64,000 bases of DNA from Alphaproteobacteria bacterium. GTDB lineage: Bacteria > Pseudomonadota > Alphaproteobacteria > MPNO01. The stretch spans positions 896,001-960,000 of the forward strand of contig CBDFLJ010000001.1 of the NCBI GenBank assembly GCA_965248835.1. The letters run 5' to 3'. How positions within the stretch are numbered: the first letter of the stretch is position 1; each line of letters opens with the position of its first letter. Under the pieces are notes generated by a model. That model searched no databases. It was not told the DNA's origin and worked only from the letters and a program-made list of their open reading frames with translations. A program made the position numbers and the translations under genes. Positions 12,924 to 22,712 of this stretch are shown here, one piece after another.

Positions 12924-13922
12924 ATGCGATTCGGTATGACGACCATGGCCAAGGAGCCGCCGGAGCGGTTCCGGAGGCTCGTGGAGGTGGCCGAGACGGG
13001 CGGGTGCGACTACCTGTGGGTGTGCGATTCGTCGCTGCACGCACGCGACGTCTACAGCTACCTGACCCTGGCCGCGACCTGGTCGCAGCGGCTGAAGATC
13101 GGTCCCAACTGCACCCACCCCTATACCCGCCACCCGGCAATCAACCTCAATGCCATGGCGACGATCCACGAGCTGTCCCAAGGGCGCGGCATCATCGCGG
13201 TCGCGACCGGCGACCGGCCGGTGATGGAGCTGGGCTATGAAATGGCCCGCCTCGCGGTGGTCCGCGAGATGATCGACGTCATCCGCGCCTTGCAGGGCGA
13301 TGGCCCGGTCAGCCGCGTCGGGCCGGGCTTTACGCTCCAGGATGCCAAGCTCTCGTTTGCGATGCCGGCGCCGCTGCCGGTCTATCTCGCAGCCTCCGGC
13401 CCGCGGATGCTGCGCATGGGAGGCGAGATCGCCGACGGCGTCCTGTTCCTCGCCGGTGTCCAGGAGGATTGCGTCCGCTATGCGATCGCGCGCATTGCCG
13501 AGGGCGCGGCGTCGAGCGGGCGCGAAACAGCGGCAATCGACGTCGGCTGCACGGTCTACGGCTCGCTGCAGGACGACGATGCGGCCGCGCGCGACCTGTG
13601 CCGGCCGATGGCTGCCTGGTTCCCGCAGACCTCCCGGCAATATGCCGAGATCGCCGGCGTCCCGAAGCGCACCATCGAGAACATCCGGGCGGCGTATTCG
13701 GGAGGGCATTTCGACGAGGCGCGCCAGGCGCTTTCCTTCGTCACCGATGAGATGATCGATGCGTTCACCGTCGCCGGTCCGCCGGAGGTCTGGATCGAGC
13801 GCTTGAGCCGCATCGCGGCGCTGGGCGTCGAGCACATCAATATCTTCCTGCTCGGCCCCGACCGGGCGCTGATGGCCGAACGGCTGGTCGAGGAGGTCTT
13901 TCCCAAAGTGGGGAGCCCCTGA
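12924..13922 (+). CDS. LLM-class flavin-dependent oxidoreductase (Mer-like; cofactor unknown)
   Basis: AE..G.DYLWVCDS, LKIGPNCTHPYTRHP, PVYLAASGPRMLRMGGEIADG. Confidence 0.85.
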   Translation: MRFGMTTMAKEPPERFRRLVEVAETGGCDYLWVCDSSLHARDVYSYLTLAATWSQRLKIGPNCTHPYTRHPAINLNAMATIHELSQGRGIIAVATGDRPVMELGYEMARLAVVREMIDVIRALQGDGPVSRVGPGFTLQDAKLSFAMPAPLPVYLAASGPRMLRMGGEIADGVLFLAGVQEDCVRYAIARIAEGAASSGRETAAIDVGCTVYGSLQDDDAAARDLCRPMAAWFPQTSRQYAEIAGVPKRTIENIRAAYSGGHFDEARQALSFVTDEMIDAFTVAGPPEVWIERLSRIAALGVEHINIFLLGPDRALMAERLVEEVFPKVGSP

Positions 13923-13923
13923 G

Positions 13924-14721
13924 ATGCCCAAGGTCGCGATCAACGGCGTCGGGCTCAACTACGAGGACTCCGGCGCGGGCGAGCCGCTTCTGCTGCTGAT
14001 GGGCTTCGGCGACGGCATCGCGGCCTGGTCGGCCCAAATCCCGGCCTTTGCCGCGCGCCACCGCACGATCGCACTCGACCACCGCGGCACCGGCGATTCG
14101 GACAGCCCCGAGGACGGCTACACGATCGAACAGTTCGCCGATGACGCGATCGGCCTGCTCGACCATCTCGGCGTCGCGCGCGCCCATGTGCTCGGCTACT
14201 CGATGGGCGGGCGGGTCGCCCAGGACATGGCGGCGCGCCACGCCAGCCGGGTCGGCGCGATCGTGCTTGCGGCATCGGCCGCCAAGGCCAACCCGCTCAA
14301 TGTCTACAGCCTCAGGGCCGGCGCCTATCTCTACCGCCGCTTCGGGCCGGAGGCCGCTGCCGCCTTCGGTCCTCTGATCTCGTTTACCCATCGCTATTTC
14401 GAGGACCACCTCGGGACGCTTAGCGACGGGCTCGGCGCGCCTTCCGCCCATCCGATGGCACTGCACGCCTATGAAGGCCATGTGCGGGCGATCGAGCAGC
14501 ACGACTCCACGCCGATGCTGGAGCGGATCACCGCGCCCGCGCTGATCCTGATGGGCGATCAGGAGTGGCTGAACCCGGCCGCCGATGCCGAGATCATGCT
14601 GGCCGGCATCGCCGATTCCAGGCTCCATGTGCTGGAGGGCGGCGGCCACGGCTTGCTGTGGGAGATCCCCGATTCCTTCAACCGCGCGGTGCTGGCGTTC
14701 CTCGCGGCGAATCCGCTGTGA
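13924..14721 (+). CDS. Alpha/beta fold hydrolase
   Basis: D.RG.G.S, GYSMGG nucleophile elbow, GGGH. Starts 1 nt after the LLM stop. Confidence 0.88.
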   Translation: MPKVAINGVGLNYEDSGAGEPLLLLMGFGDGIAAWSAQIPAFAARHRTIALDHRGTGDSDSPEDGYTIEQFADDAIGLLDHLGVARAHVLGYSMGGRVAQDMAARHASRVGAIVLAASAAKANPLNVYSLRAGAYLYRRFGPEAAAAFGPLISFTHRYFEDHLGTLSDGLGAPSAHPMALHAYEGHVRAIEQHDSTPMLERITAPALILMGDQEWLNPAADAEIMLAGIADSRLHVLEGGGHGLLWEIPDSFNRAVLAFLAANPL

Positions 14722-15877
14722 CCGCCCGGACGACCAGAAACCAGGAAATCACGCCGCCCGTCATCATCGCCGCCCCGCCGATCAGGAAGATCGGGGTGTA
14801 GCTTTCCACCGCCTCGAACAGAGCGACATAGGCATAGCCGCCGATCGCCTGGGCGATGCCGGCGAACAGCGCCATCCGGCGCGAGATCGCGGCCATGTGC
14901 TCCGGGCCGACGAGTTGGTGGGTGCGCCCGCCCATGATCGCGGTCAGTCCGGGCTGGGCGCCGACCACCAGCGAAGAGGCGACCAGCGCCCAGACCGCGG
15001 TCTCCAGCACCGGCAGCGCGACCCCGGCGGCGACCGCGGTGAAGGACAATATCAGCCCGACGCGAAAACCGATCCGGTCGGCGAGCCGGCCCCACAGATA
15101 GGTCCCGGAGATCGCGCCCAGCCCGAACAGGGTCCATTGCAGCCCGCCGAATTCCTTTTCATGAGCGAGCCCGCGGACCAGGTAGTCGACCCAGAAGAGC
15201 GCGTGGGGGATGAGCCCCAGGGTGAAGGCCATTCGCGCGGCCACCAGCCCGGTGACCGTCCAGGACCAGCGCAGCGGCGCCAAGGCACCGGGGCCGGGCG
15301 GGCCGGCGCCCTGTCCACCGTCGAGCGGACGCCATCCCCAGAAGGCAATCGCCGCGCCCGCCGCACCGATCAGCGCGAGCCCCGTCCAGGTCGCGGCAAG
15401 GCCGAAATCCAGCATGGGCGGCACCACGATGCCGGTCAGGAGAATGGCGACGCCCACGCCGGTGAACATGATGCCGGTCGCGGCCCCCAGCCGGCCGGGC
15501 GGGGCGTGGCGGGTCACCACCGTAAGGCAGTGGATCATCATCACCGAGACCGCGGCACCGACCAGAAAGCGCCAGAAGGCGAGCCACAGGAAACCCCAGG
15601 GCGCGATGCTGGCCACCACGCAGGCGAGGGCTATCACCAGCATGAGCCGCAAGGTCGCAGCCTCGCCCAGCCAGCGGCTCAGCCGCAGCGCAACCAGGGC
15701 GCCGATCAGAAAGCCGAGAAGATTGCCGGCCCCGACATAGCCCGCATCCGGCGCGCTGAGCGAGCCGGCCTGCACCAGGGCCGGGATCATCGGCGTGTAG
15801 GAGAACCGGCCGATCCCCATCCCCAGGAACAGCGTCGCGCCCGCGCCGATCGAAAGCCGCAGCCAGGCTGGGATCAT
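14678..15877 (-). CDS. MFS transporter (YbfB/YjiJ-like)
   Basis: GMGIGRFSYTP..P motif, N.LGFLIGA, about 12 hydrophobic segments. Confidence 0.85.
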   Translation of the reverse strand: MIPAWLRLSIGAGATLFLGMGIGRFSYTPMIPALVQAGSLSAPDAGYVGAGNLLGFLIGALVALRLSRWLGEAATLRLMLVIALACVVASIAPWGFLWLAFWRFLVGAAVSVMMIHCLTVVTRHAPPGRLGAATGIMFTGVGVAILLTGIVVPPMLDFGLAATWTGLALIGAAGAAIAFWGWRPLDGGQGAGPPGPGALAPLRWSWTVTGLVAARMAFTLGLIPHALFWVDYLVRGLAHEKEFGGLQWTLFGLGAISGTYLWGRLADRIGFRVGLILSFTAVAAGVALPVLETAVWALVASSLVVGAQPGLTAIMGGRTHQLVGPEHMAAISRRMALFAGIAQAIGGYAYVALFEAVESYTPIFLIGGAAMMTGGVISWFLVVRAVTADSPRGTPAPRG

Positions 15878-15886
15878 CGGCGTGGC

Positions 15887-16921
15887 TCAGGCCTCCGCGA
15901 TGGCCTGAAGATGGTCCGCAAGCACGCGGTCCAATGCCGATGGCGGCTCCCGGCCCAGCCCGCAATAGGCAGCCACGCCGAAGTCGGGCAAGACCTTGCG
16001 CGCGGCGGCCAGTCGTTCGGCGTAGCGCGCCATGTTGTGGATCAGCCCGAGATAGATGCGCGCACCGCAAGGCTCCAGCCGGGCGAGCGCGGCGTAGTAG
16101 GCATTATCGGTCCGGTCGAGCGTCGGGATATGCAGCCAGTCGACCCGGCGGCCGGATCCAGCGGCGAACGCGTTGGCCATCCGTACCGCACCGTCCAGAT
16201 CTTCGGGTGCAAAGCGCGGCCAGCCGCCCAGCGTGCCGAAGCACAAATGGTAGCCCAGCCCTGCGGCGGCCGGGACCAGCCGGCTCAACCGGGCAAGCGG
16301 GGCGAGGTTGCGCGCTATTGCGCCGTCGTCCCCCGAATAGGCCTCTTGCATCTCGGTCGCGCAATCCCACTGGATCGCGAGGTCGTCCGCCGGGATGCGG
16401 TCGAGGATGGTGGCGATCTCCTCGGCCATCGCGGCCTCGAAGCCCGCCCGGACGACCGGCACATCGTCGGGGTCGGGAAATATCCGCGGCGGCACCGCGC
16501 TGTTGACCGAGGGAAGCGAGACCTGGAAACGCAGGTGGGGCGCCAGCGTGCCCGCATCGCGCAGGGTCCGGAAGATGAAATAGGCATTGACCGCGTCGCG
16601 GGCATAGCCCAGCCGCCATCCCGCATGCCCGAAGCGGATCGCCTTGACCCCGTCCCGCACCTTGAACCGCCAGCTATCGCCGGCATCGCGCGGGTTGAGG
16701 CGCTCCACCCCGTCCTCCAGCGCCGGTTGGTCGATGACCTCGATGTCGGGATGGAGCGCGAGCACCTGGTAATGCACCTTGCTGATCCAATGCGCGCGCG
16801 GCCCGACCTCGCCGTCGGGGACCGCCGCGAGATGGTTTCCCAGCGTGGCGCCAAAGCGGGAAAAAACCTCTTCGGCCGTTTCCGCCGGCAGGCTGCCGAC
16901 CAGGAGCAGGTCGTCCTTCAC
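15887..16921 (-). CDS. Single-domain MetE-like (cobalamin-independent methionine synthase fold) protein of unknown function
   Basis: GTG 16921: LLLVGSLP, PDGE.G.R..W, IQWD...E, GYHLCFG, LGLIH, AAYCGLGR. These match the C-terminal Zn barrel of MetE-type proteins. Confidence 0.7.
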   Translation of the reverse strand: MKDDLLLVGSLPAETAEEVFSRFGATLGNHLAAVPDGEVGPRAHWISKVHYQVLALHPDIEVIDQPALEDGVERLNPRDAGDSWRFKVRDGVKAIRFGHAGWRLGYARDAVNAYFIFRTLRDAGTLAPHLRFQVSLPSVNSAVPPRIFPDPDDVPVVRAGFEAAMAEEIATILDRIPADDLAIQWDCATEMQEAYSGDDGAIARNLAPLARLSRLVPAAAGLGYHLCFGTLGGWPRFAPEDLDGAVRMANAFAAGSGRRVDWLHIPTLDRTDNAYYAALARLEPCGARIYLGLIHNMARYAERLAAARKVLPDFGVAAYCGLGREPPSALDRVLADHLQAIAEA

Positions 16922-16926
16922 GGCGC

Positions 16927-18324
16927 CTACACCACCGGCCAGCGCGAGACCGGGCTGACATTGGCGCGCTCGATCAGCTTGGGCGCGCGCGCACGGCAAT
17001 TGGCATGGACCTCGGCGAGGTCGATGGTGGTGAGCGCGCGGTTTTCCATCAAGATGTTGCCGTCGACGATTACCGTATCGACGCTGTCGCCGGTGGCCGA
17101 ATAGACCAGGCTGTAGACCAAATTGTAGCTCGGCACCCATTCCGGGCGGTCGATGTCGATCAGGATCACGTCGGCCTTCATGCCGGGTATGAGTGCGCCG
17201 AGCTCGTCCTGCCGGCCGGTGGCCTTGGCACCTTCGAGCGTCGCCATCTCGACGACCTCCTCGGCGGTGATCACCTCGGGGTCGAGGCGGGCGTCCTTGG
17301 GCAGGGTGGCGGCGAGGAACATCGCCTGGAACATGTCCTTGTGATCGGCGGAGTTTACCCCGTCGCAGCCCAGCGCCACCGTTACCCCCTTCTCGCGCAT
17401 CTCCAGAAACTTGCCCATCCGGGTGGTGCCCTTGGCGAGCTTGAGCGCGGCCGGCGGGTTCTGGCAGACCTTGGTGTCGGTCTCGGCCAGCATGTCGACC
17501 TCGAAGGATTCCACTGCCGTCATGTGGTTGAGATAGACGTTGGGGCCAAGCGCGCCGATCTTGTACATGTGCTCGACCGGACGGTCCCCGGTCGCCCTGA
17601 TCTCGCTGTCGACCTCCTCGACCGAGGACGCCTTGTGCATCAGCGAGAACGAGCCGTACCTGGCGGCGATCTCCTTGGCCCCGAGCGTGAGCTCGTCCGA
17701 GCACGTGCCGACGCCCTCGATGGTGGCATAGATCCGGATGCGGCCGTCGGCCGAACGGTCGTAGGTCTTGATGTTGTCTTCGGTCAGCCGGAGTGCCTCG
17801 TCCAGCGTCATCGGCAGGAAATAGTCCGGGCATTTCTGGCCGTCCGGTCCGCCATGGTCCCACACCCAGCTTCCCGTGGTCGCCCGCATGCCGGTCTCTT
17901 CGACGGCCTTCAGGGTGCTCGGCAGGTACTTGCAGCCGGGCTCAACGAAGCATGTCGTGCCGGAACGGATCATCTCGGCCATCAGGCACTTGGCGTACCA
18001 GTACTCGTCCTCCTCGGTGACCGCGGCGAGATAGGGGTAGCACCAGTATTTGAGCCAGTCGCTGGTCCGCAGATTGTCGGGGATCAGCCCGCGGGCGAGC
18101 TCGATCAGGTGGGCGTGCCCGTCGATCAGCCCCGGCATGATCAGCTTGAGCGAAGCATCGATGGTCTTGGTCCCGCGATAGGCCTTGCGCAGCGCAGCGG
18201 TCTTGTCGACCGCGAGGATTCGATCGCCGCGGATCGCGATGGCGCCATCGGTGAGAATCCGCCGTTCGGCATCGAGCGTCAGGATCGTGCCGTTCTCGAT
18301 CAGGATATCGGCCGTTTCGGTCAT
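16927..18324 (-). CDS. Amidohydrolase (SsnA/MtaD/AtzA-like deaminase or chlorohydrolase)
   Basis: MPGLIDGHAH, SGTTCF.E, MH...S.EE, LGCDG, G.L.PG.KAD. Confidence 0.88.
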   Translation of the reverse strand: MTETADILIENGTILTLDAERRILTDGAIAIRGDRILAVDKTAALRKAYRGTKTIDASLKLIMPGLIDGHAHLIELARGLIPDNLRTSDWLKYWCYPYLAAVTEEDEYWYAKCLMAEMIRSGTTCFVEPGCKYLPSTLKAVEETGMRATTGSWVWDHGGPDGQKCPDYFLPMTLDEALRLTEDNIKTYDRSADGRIRIYATIEGVGTCSDELTLGAKEIAARYGSFSLMHKASSVEEVDSEIRATGDRPVEHMYKIGALGPNVYLNHMTAVESFEVDMLAETDTKVCQNPPAALKLAKGTTRMGKFLEMREKGVTVALGCDGVNSADHKDMFQAMFLAATLPKDARLDPEVITAEEVVEMATLEGAKATGRQDELGALIPGMKADVILIDIDRPEWVPSYNLVYSLVYSATGDSVDTVIVDGNILMENRALTTIDLAEVHANCRARAPKLIERANVSPVSRWPVV

Positions 18325-18408
18325 GGTCCTTGCCTCCCTGCCGGGTTCAGGCTAACCGGCGCCGAAAGGGTGCGCAATCGGCCGCCGGAGGCGTAGACTG
18401 ACGCTCTC

Positions 18409-19035
18409 ATGGCCGATCCCTACGAGATATTGGGCGTTTCCCGCGGCGCCACCGACGAAGAGATCAAGCAGGCCTTCCGCGCGCTTGCCAAGAAGCTGCA
18501 CCCCGACGCCAATCCCGCCGACGCGGCCGCTTCGGAGCGCTTCAAGGCGATCACCGGCGCTTACGACCTGCTGAGCGATTCCGAGCACCGCTCGGAGCAC
18601 GACGCCGGAGGCTGGCGGCGCGGCTATGCCGACGGCTACGGCACGTCCGGCGGCGCCAAACACCCCTGGGACCAGGAATTCGTCAACGACGTCAGCGACA
18701 AGACCGGCGAGCGGCCGATCGACCTGTTCGGCGACATCGCCGGCAACCGGCGCGGCCGGGTGTTCGGCGCCGCGAGCACGTCGATGATGCTGCCGGGCGA
18801 AGACCTGGCCGAAACGCTGGAGATCTCGATCAAGGACGCCGAGACCGGCGCGACGCGGGTGATCGATCTGATCACCGGCGCACAGGTCGAGATCACGGTC
18901 GCGCCCGGCACCGAGACCGGCAAGACGATCACCTTCGAGGGTCTCGGCCTGCCCGGCATCGGCGGCGGACCGCCCGGCAATCTCAACGTCATCGTCGAGA
19001 TCCTGCCTGCGCCGAAGCTCGGCCACGACGGCTGA
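18409..19035 (+). CDS. Short DnaJ-domain protein (J domain plus a partial DnaJ C-terminal domain)
   Basis: DPYEILGV, LAKKLHPD, F..I..AY.LLSD; C-terminal G.G.PG..GG.PG.L.V. Confidence 0.85.
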   Translation: MADPYEILGVSRGATDEEIKQAFRALAKKLHPDANPADAAASERFKAITGAYDLLSDSEHRSEHDAGGWRRGYADGYGTSGGAKHPWDQEFVNDVSDKTGERPIDLFGDIAGNRRGRVFGAASTSMMLPGEDLAETLEISIKDAETGATRVIDLITGAQVEITVAPGTETGKTITFEGLGLPGIGGGPPGNLNVIVEILPAPKLGHDG

Positions 19036-20611
19036 TCTGGCGCCGGGCCTTCTTGCCTGTCTTCGCGCCGAAGCCGCCGCCGCCCGCCGTCTCTATGACA
19101 AGCTCCGCGCCGGGCTGAAGCACGCAGCCCCGCTTCGGGTCGATCGGCCGGCCGTCCAGCGTGAGCCGGCACGGGCTTCCGTCGCCGCCGCCGAGCAGCC
19201 CCTTGGGCGGGAACAGCGCGCGCTCGAACATCGTGGAGACCGATGCCGGCAGGCCGGAGCGTAGCCTTACGCAGATCCGCTGGCCGGCGCCGCCGCGGAA
19301 CCGGCCCGCGCCGGCCGAACCGGCGATCAGCTCGCGGCGGGCGACGAGGAACGGAGCGGCCTGCTCCATGACCTCGACCGGCGCGCTGGCGACGTTGCTC
19401 GGAAAGGCGGTCGCATCGAGCCCGTCCTTGCCGGGACGCGCGCCCATGCCGCCGCTGCAGAAGAAGGTGAAGATGTAATCGCCGTCGAATTGGGTCCGGC
19501 CGCTCAAGGTCACCGCGCCGAGCACCGAGCTTTCGGCCATGATGCGCTCGGGGATGACCCGCGACAGAGCGCCGAAGATGGCGAAGGGCACGAACAGGCC
19601 CACCAGGTGGCGCCCGCCGACCGGTGCGGGATAGGCGGCATTGAGGATGGATCCGGCCGGGGCGCGGACGTCGATCGGCCGCAAGGTGCCGTCGTTGTTG
19701 GGCGAATCGGGGCACAGCGCGCATTTGAGCGCGTAATAGACGAACGCCTTGGTGTAGTTCAGCACGCAGTTCACGCCCATGCCGATCTGCGCCGAGCTGC
19801 CTTCGAAATCGACGGTGATCTCTTCGCCTTCGATCCTTACGGCGACCGCGATCACCAGCGGCGATCCGAACCCGTCGAGCGTGACGCTGTCACGGTAGGT
19901 CCCGTCGGGCACTTGCGCGATGGCCTTGCGCATCATCGACTCGGTCCGTCCCGTGATTTCGCGCGAGACCGCCGACAGGTCGCGCAGGCCGTAGTCCGCT
20001 AGCAGACTCAGCATGCGCTCGACCGCGACATGGTTGGCCGAGATCTGGGCCATCAGGTCGCCCAGGACCAGTTCCGGAGAGCGGACATTGTCCTCGATGA
20101 TGCGCAACAGCGTGCGGTTGGGAACGCCCGCTTCAAAGAGCTTCATCACCGGGATATGGAGGCCTTCCTCATAGACCGCCTCGGCGGTCGCCGAGAAGAT
20201 CCGCCCGCCGATGTCGACGGCATGGCAATTGCTGGCCGCGAACCCGACCAGCCGGTCGCCGGCGAAGGCCGGGATGACGATGGTGATGTCGTGCTTGTGC
20301 CCCGAGACCAGCCATGGGTCGTTGGTGATCAGCACGTCGCCCGGCGACAGCGTGCCGTCCTGGAAGGCGCCGACGATGTGCTTGACCCCGATGCCGAGGC
20401 TGCCCAGATGCCCGGGCGCGCCTTGGACCGACTGGGCCAGCATCACGCCGCGGTCATCGAACACGCCGGCCGACAGATCCTCCATCTCGCCCAGCACCAC
20501 CGAGAAGGCCGCCTTGACCATCGTCGCCGCCTGTTCGTTGGCGATCGAGACCAGCCGGTCCCAGCATAATTCGAGAGCCACGGGGCCGGGCTTGGGACGC
20601 CGTCGTGCCAT
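18989..20611 (-). CDS. Hydantoinase B/5-oxoprolinase family protein
   Basis: AFS....E..D.S, PGH.G, PGDV.ITNDPW..SGH..D, H..DIGG, EEGL.IP, G.G..RGG.G, ET.GGGG.G. Confidence 0.9.
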   Translation of the reverse strand: MARRRPKPGPVALELCWDRLVSIANEQAATMVKAAFSVVLGEMEDLSAGVFDDRGVMLAQSVQGAPGHLGSLGIGVKHIVGAFQDGTLSPGDVLITNDPWLVSGHKHDITIVIPAFAGDRLVGFAASNCHAVDIGGRIFSATAEAVYEEGLHIPVMKLFEAGVPNRTLLRIIEDNVRSPELVLGDLMAQISANHVAVERMLSLLADYGLRDLSAVSREITGRTESMMRKAIAQVPDGTYRDSVTLDGFGSPLVIAVAVRIEGEEITVDFEGSSAQIGMGVNCVLNYTKAFVYYALKCALCPDSPNNDGTLRPIDVRAPAGSILNAAYPAPVGGRHLVGLFVPFAIFGALSRVIPERIMAESSVLGAVTLSGRTQFDGDYIFTFFCSGGMGARPGKDGLDATAFPSNVASAPVEVMEQAAPFLVARRELIAGSAGAGRFRGGAGQRICVRLRSGLPASVSTMFERALFPPKGLLGGGDGSPCRLTLDGRPIDPKRGCVLQPGAELVIETAGGGGFGAKTGKKARRQISRRGRASAQAGSRR

Positions 20612-20612
20612 C

Positions 20613-22712
20613 TCAGCCCTGCCGCGCCGGCAAGTCGATGACCAGGTTCGAATGGGCGTCGACCATCGCAACCGCACCCGGCCCGACCACAATCGTGGAG
20701 TCCGCCTCCTCGATCGCGGCCGGCCCGCGGACGCGGCGTCCGACGGCCAGCCCGGCCCGGTCGTGGACCGGGCACGCGCGCGGGCGGTCCCAGCCCTCGA
20801 AGATCATCTGGCGGCGGCCGGCGCGCCGCCGGGCGCCGTCGAGGCCGGTCGAGCGCAGCGCCCGCACATCGATGATCGGTGGGCCGTCGGCGATCAAACG
20901 CCAAGTCAGGGCCTCGATGCGGTGTCCGTCATGAATGCGGCGGAAGACCGCCCGATACCGCCGCTCGAAGGCTTTGCGGATCGTGCCGGCCTTGCGTGGA
21001 GTAAGCCGGCCCGGGGGCAGCGTGACCGCGAGTTCCCGGCGCTGTCCGGCGTAGCGCATCTCGGCAACCCGCGAGAAGGCGATCTCCCGGCGCTTGACGC
21101 CCGCATCGGCGAGCACGTCGACCGCCTGCGCCGTCATCTCGGCATAGGCACGCTCGACCTCCGGCCAATCGAGATCGCCGAGCGTACCGATCAGCGTGCG
21201 TGAAAGCCGGTACGACCGGGGCGCGAGCTGCAGCCCGAGCGCCGAGCCGACCCCGGCCGAGGGCGGCACGACGATCCGGCCGATCCCCAGCCGGCGCGCA
21301 ACGCCGTAGGCATGGACGGGCCCGGCACCGCCGAAGGCGACCATGGTGTAGCGCGCCGGGTCGTAGCCGCGCTCGACGGTATGGATTCGGGCGGCGTTGG
21401 CCATGGTCTCATCGACGATCGCATGGATGCCCAGCGCCGCCTGCTCGGCGGGAATGCCCAGCGGCCGGGCTACCTCACGCTCGATCGCCCGTCGGGCACG
21501 GTCGGCATTCAGCCCCATCCTGCCGCCGAGGAAGGACTCTGCGCCGATCAAGCCCAGCATCAGATCCGCGTCGGTTACCGTCGGGCTCTCTCCGCCGCGT
21601 GCGTAGCAGGCCGGGCCCGGCTCGGCACCGGCGCTGCGCGGGCCGACCTTGAGCAGCCCGAGCGTATCGACATGGGCGATGCTGCCGCCGCCCGCGCCGA
21701 TCTCGATCAGATCGACCACCGGGATATGCAGCGGCAGCCCGCTGCCCTTCTTGAAGCGGTCCAACCGCGCGACCTCGAACGCGTTGGTGACCAGCGGCGT
21801 GCCGTCGTGGACCAGGCTCGATTTCGCGGTCGTCCCGCCCATGTCGAACGAAAGGACCTCATGTGCGCCGGCAAGCATCCCGATGCACCCGCCGGTCACC
21901 GCGCCGGCCGCCGGGCCGGATTCGCAGATCCGGACCGGGAACCGGCGGACCACATCGGCGGTGGAAAGGCCGCCGCTGGACAGCATGACGAAAAACGCCG
22001 CGCCGACGCCCCGGTCGCGCAGCCGTCCGGCCAGACGCTGGAGATACCCGTCGATCAGCGGCAGCACGAAGGCGTTCGCGGTCGTCGTGGTTGCGCGCTC
22101 GTATTCGCGCATCTCCGGCAGCAGCTCGCAGGACAGCGTCACCGCCACGTCGGGCAGAAGCCGCCGCAGCGCGGCGGCGAAACCGCGCTCGTGCGCCGGA
22201 TTGGCATAGGAATGCAGCATGCAGACCGCGACCGCCTCGGCGCCCGATTTTCCGATCGCCGCAAGGACGGCACCGGCCGAGGCCTCGTCCAGCGGCTCGA
22301 TCACCGCTCCGTCCGCGGCGATGCGTTCGCGCACCCCGTAGCAGCGCTCGGTGGGCACGATCGGCGCCGGCTTGTCCAGGAAGATGTCGTAGATGTCGTA
22401 CTTCTTCTCGCGCCCGATATTCAGCAGGTCGCGGAACCCATCGGTGGTCACGAGCGCGGTCTTGGCGCCCTTGCGCTCGATCAGGGCGTTGGAAACCAGC
22501 GTCGTGGCATGGAGGACGATTTCGATCTGCGCGGCCTGCGCGCCGGCCGCCGCGAGCGCGCCCTGGAGCGCCTCGTCCGCGCCGCGGGACGGGTCATCGG
22601 CGGTGGTCAGGGCTTTGAACCCGGCCGTTCTGCCGCTGCCCGGCTGGAGCATGCAGACGTCGGTGAACGTGCCGCCGATGTCCAGCCCGACGATCCACCC
22701 TTCCTGGCTCAA
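20613..22712 (-). CDS. Hydantoinase A/5-oxoprolinase family protein
   Basis: TTG start at 22712 overlapping the upstream DMT stop. DIGGTFTD, H.TT..SNA.IER.GA, ESGPAAG, DMGGTT, IGAGGGS, PGPACY, FGGAGP.H. Confidence 0.9.
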   Translation of the reverse strand: MSQEGWIVGLDIGGTFTDVCMLQPGSGRTAGFKALTTADDPSRGADEALQGALAAAGAQAAQIEIVLHATTLVSNALIERKGAKTALVTTDGFRDLLNIGREKKYDIYDIFLDKPAPIVPTERCYGVRERIAADGAVIEPLDEASAGAVLAAIGKSGAEAVAVCMLHSYANPAHERGFAAALRRLLPDVAVTLSCELLPEMREYERATTTTANAFVLPLIDGYLQRLAGRLRDRGVGAAFFVMLSSGGLSTADVVRRFPVRICESGPAAGAVTGGCIGMLAGAHEVLSFDMGGTTAKSSLVHDGTPLVTNAFEVARLDRFKKGSGLPLHIPVVDLIEIGAGGGSIAHVDTLGLLKVGPRSAGAEPGPACYARGGESPTVTDADLMLGLIGAESFLGGRMGLNADRARRAIEREVARPLGIPAEQAALGIHAIVDETMANAARIHTVERGYDPARYTMVAFGGAGPVHAYGVARRLGIGRIVVPPSAGVGSALGLQLAPRSYRLSRTLIGTLGDLDWPEVERAYAEMTAQAVDVLADAGVKRREIAFSRVAEMRYAGQRRELAVTLPPGRLTPRKAGTIRKAFERRYRAVFRRIHDGHRIEALTWRLIADGPPIIDVRALRSTGLDGARRRAGRRQMIFEGWDRPRACPVHDRAGLAVGRRVRGPAAIEEADSTIVVGPGAVAMVDAHSNLVIDLPARQG

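Noticed and set aside
14678-14721. 44-nt convergent overlap between the hydrolase and MFS genes as a regulatory feature
   Set aside because: Short tail-to-tail overlaps are common in high-GC genomes where stop codons are scarce, and nothing else supports a function.
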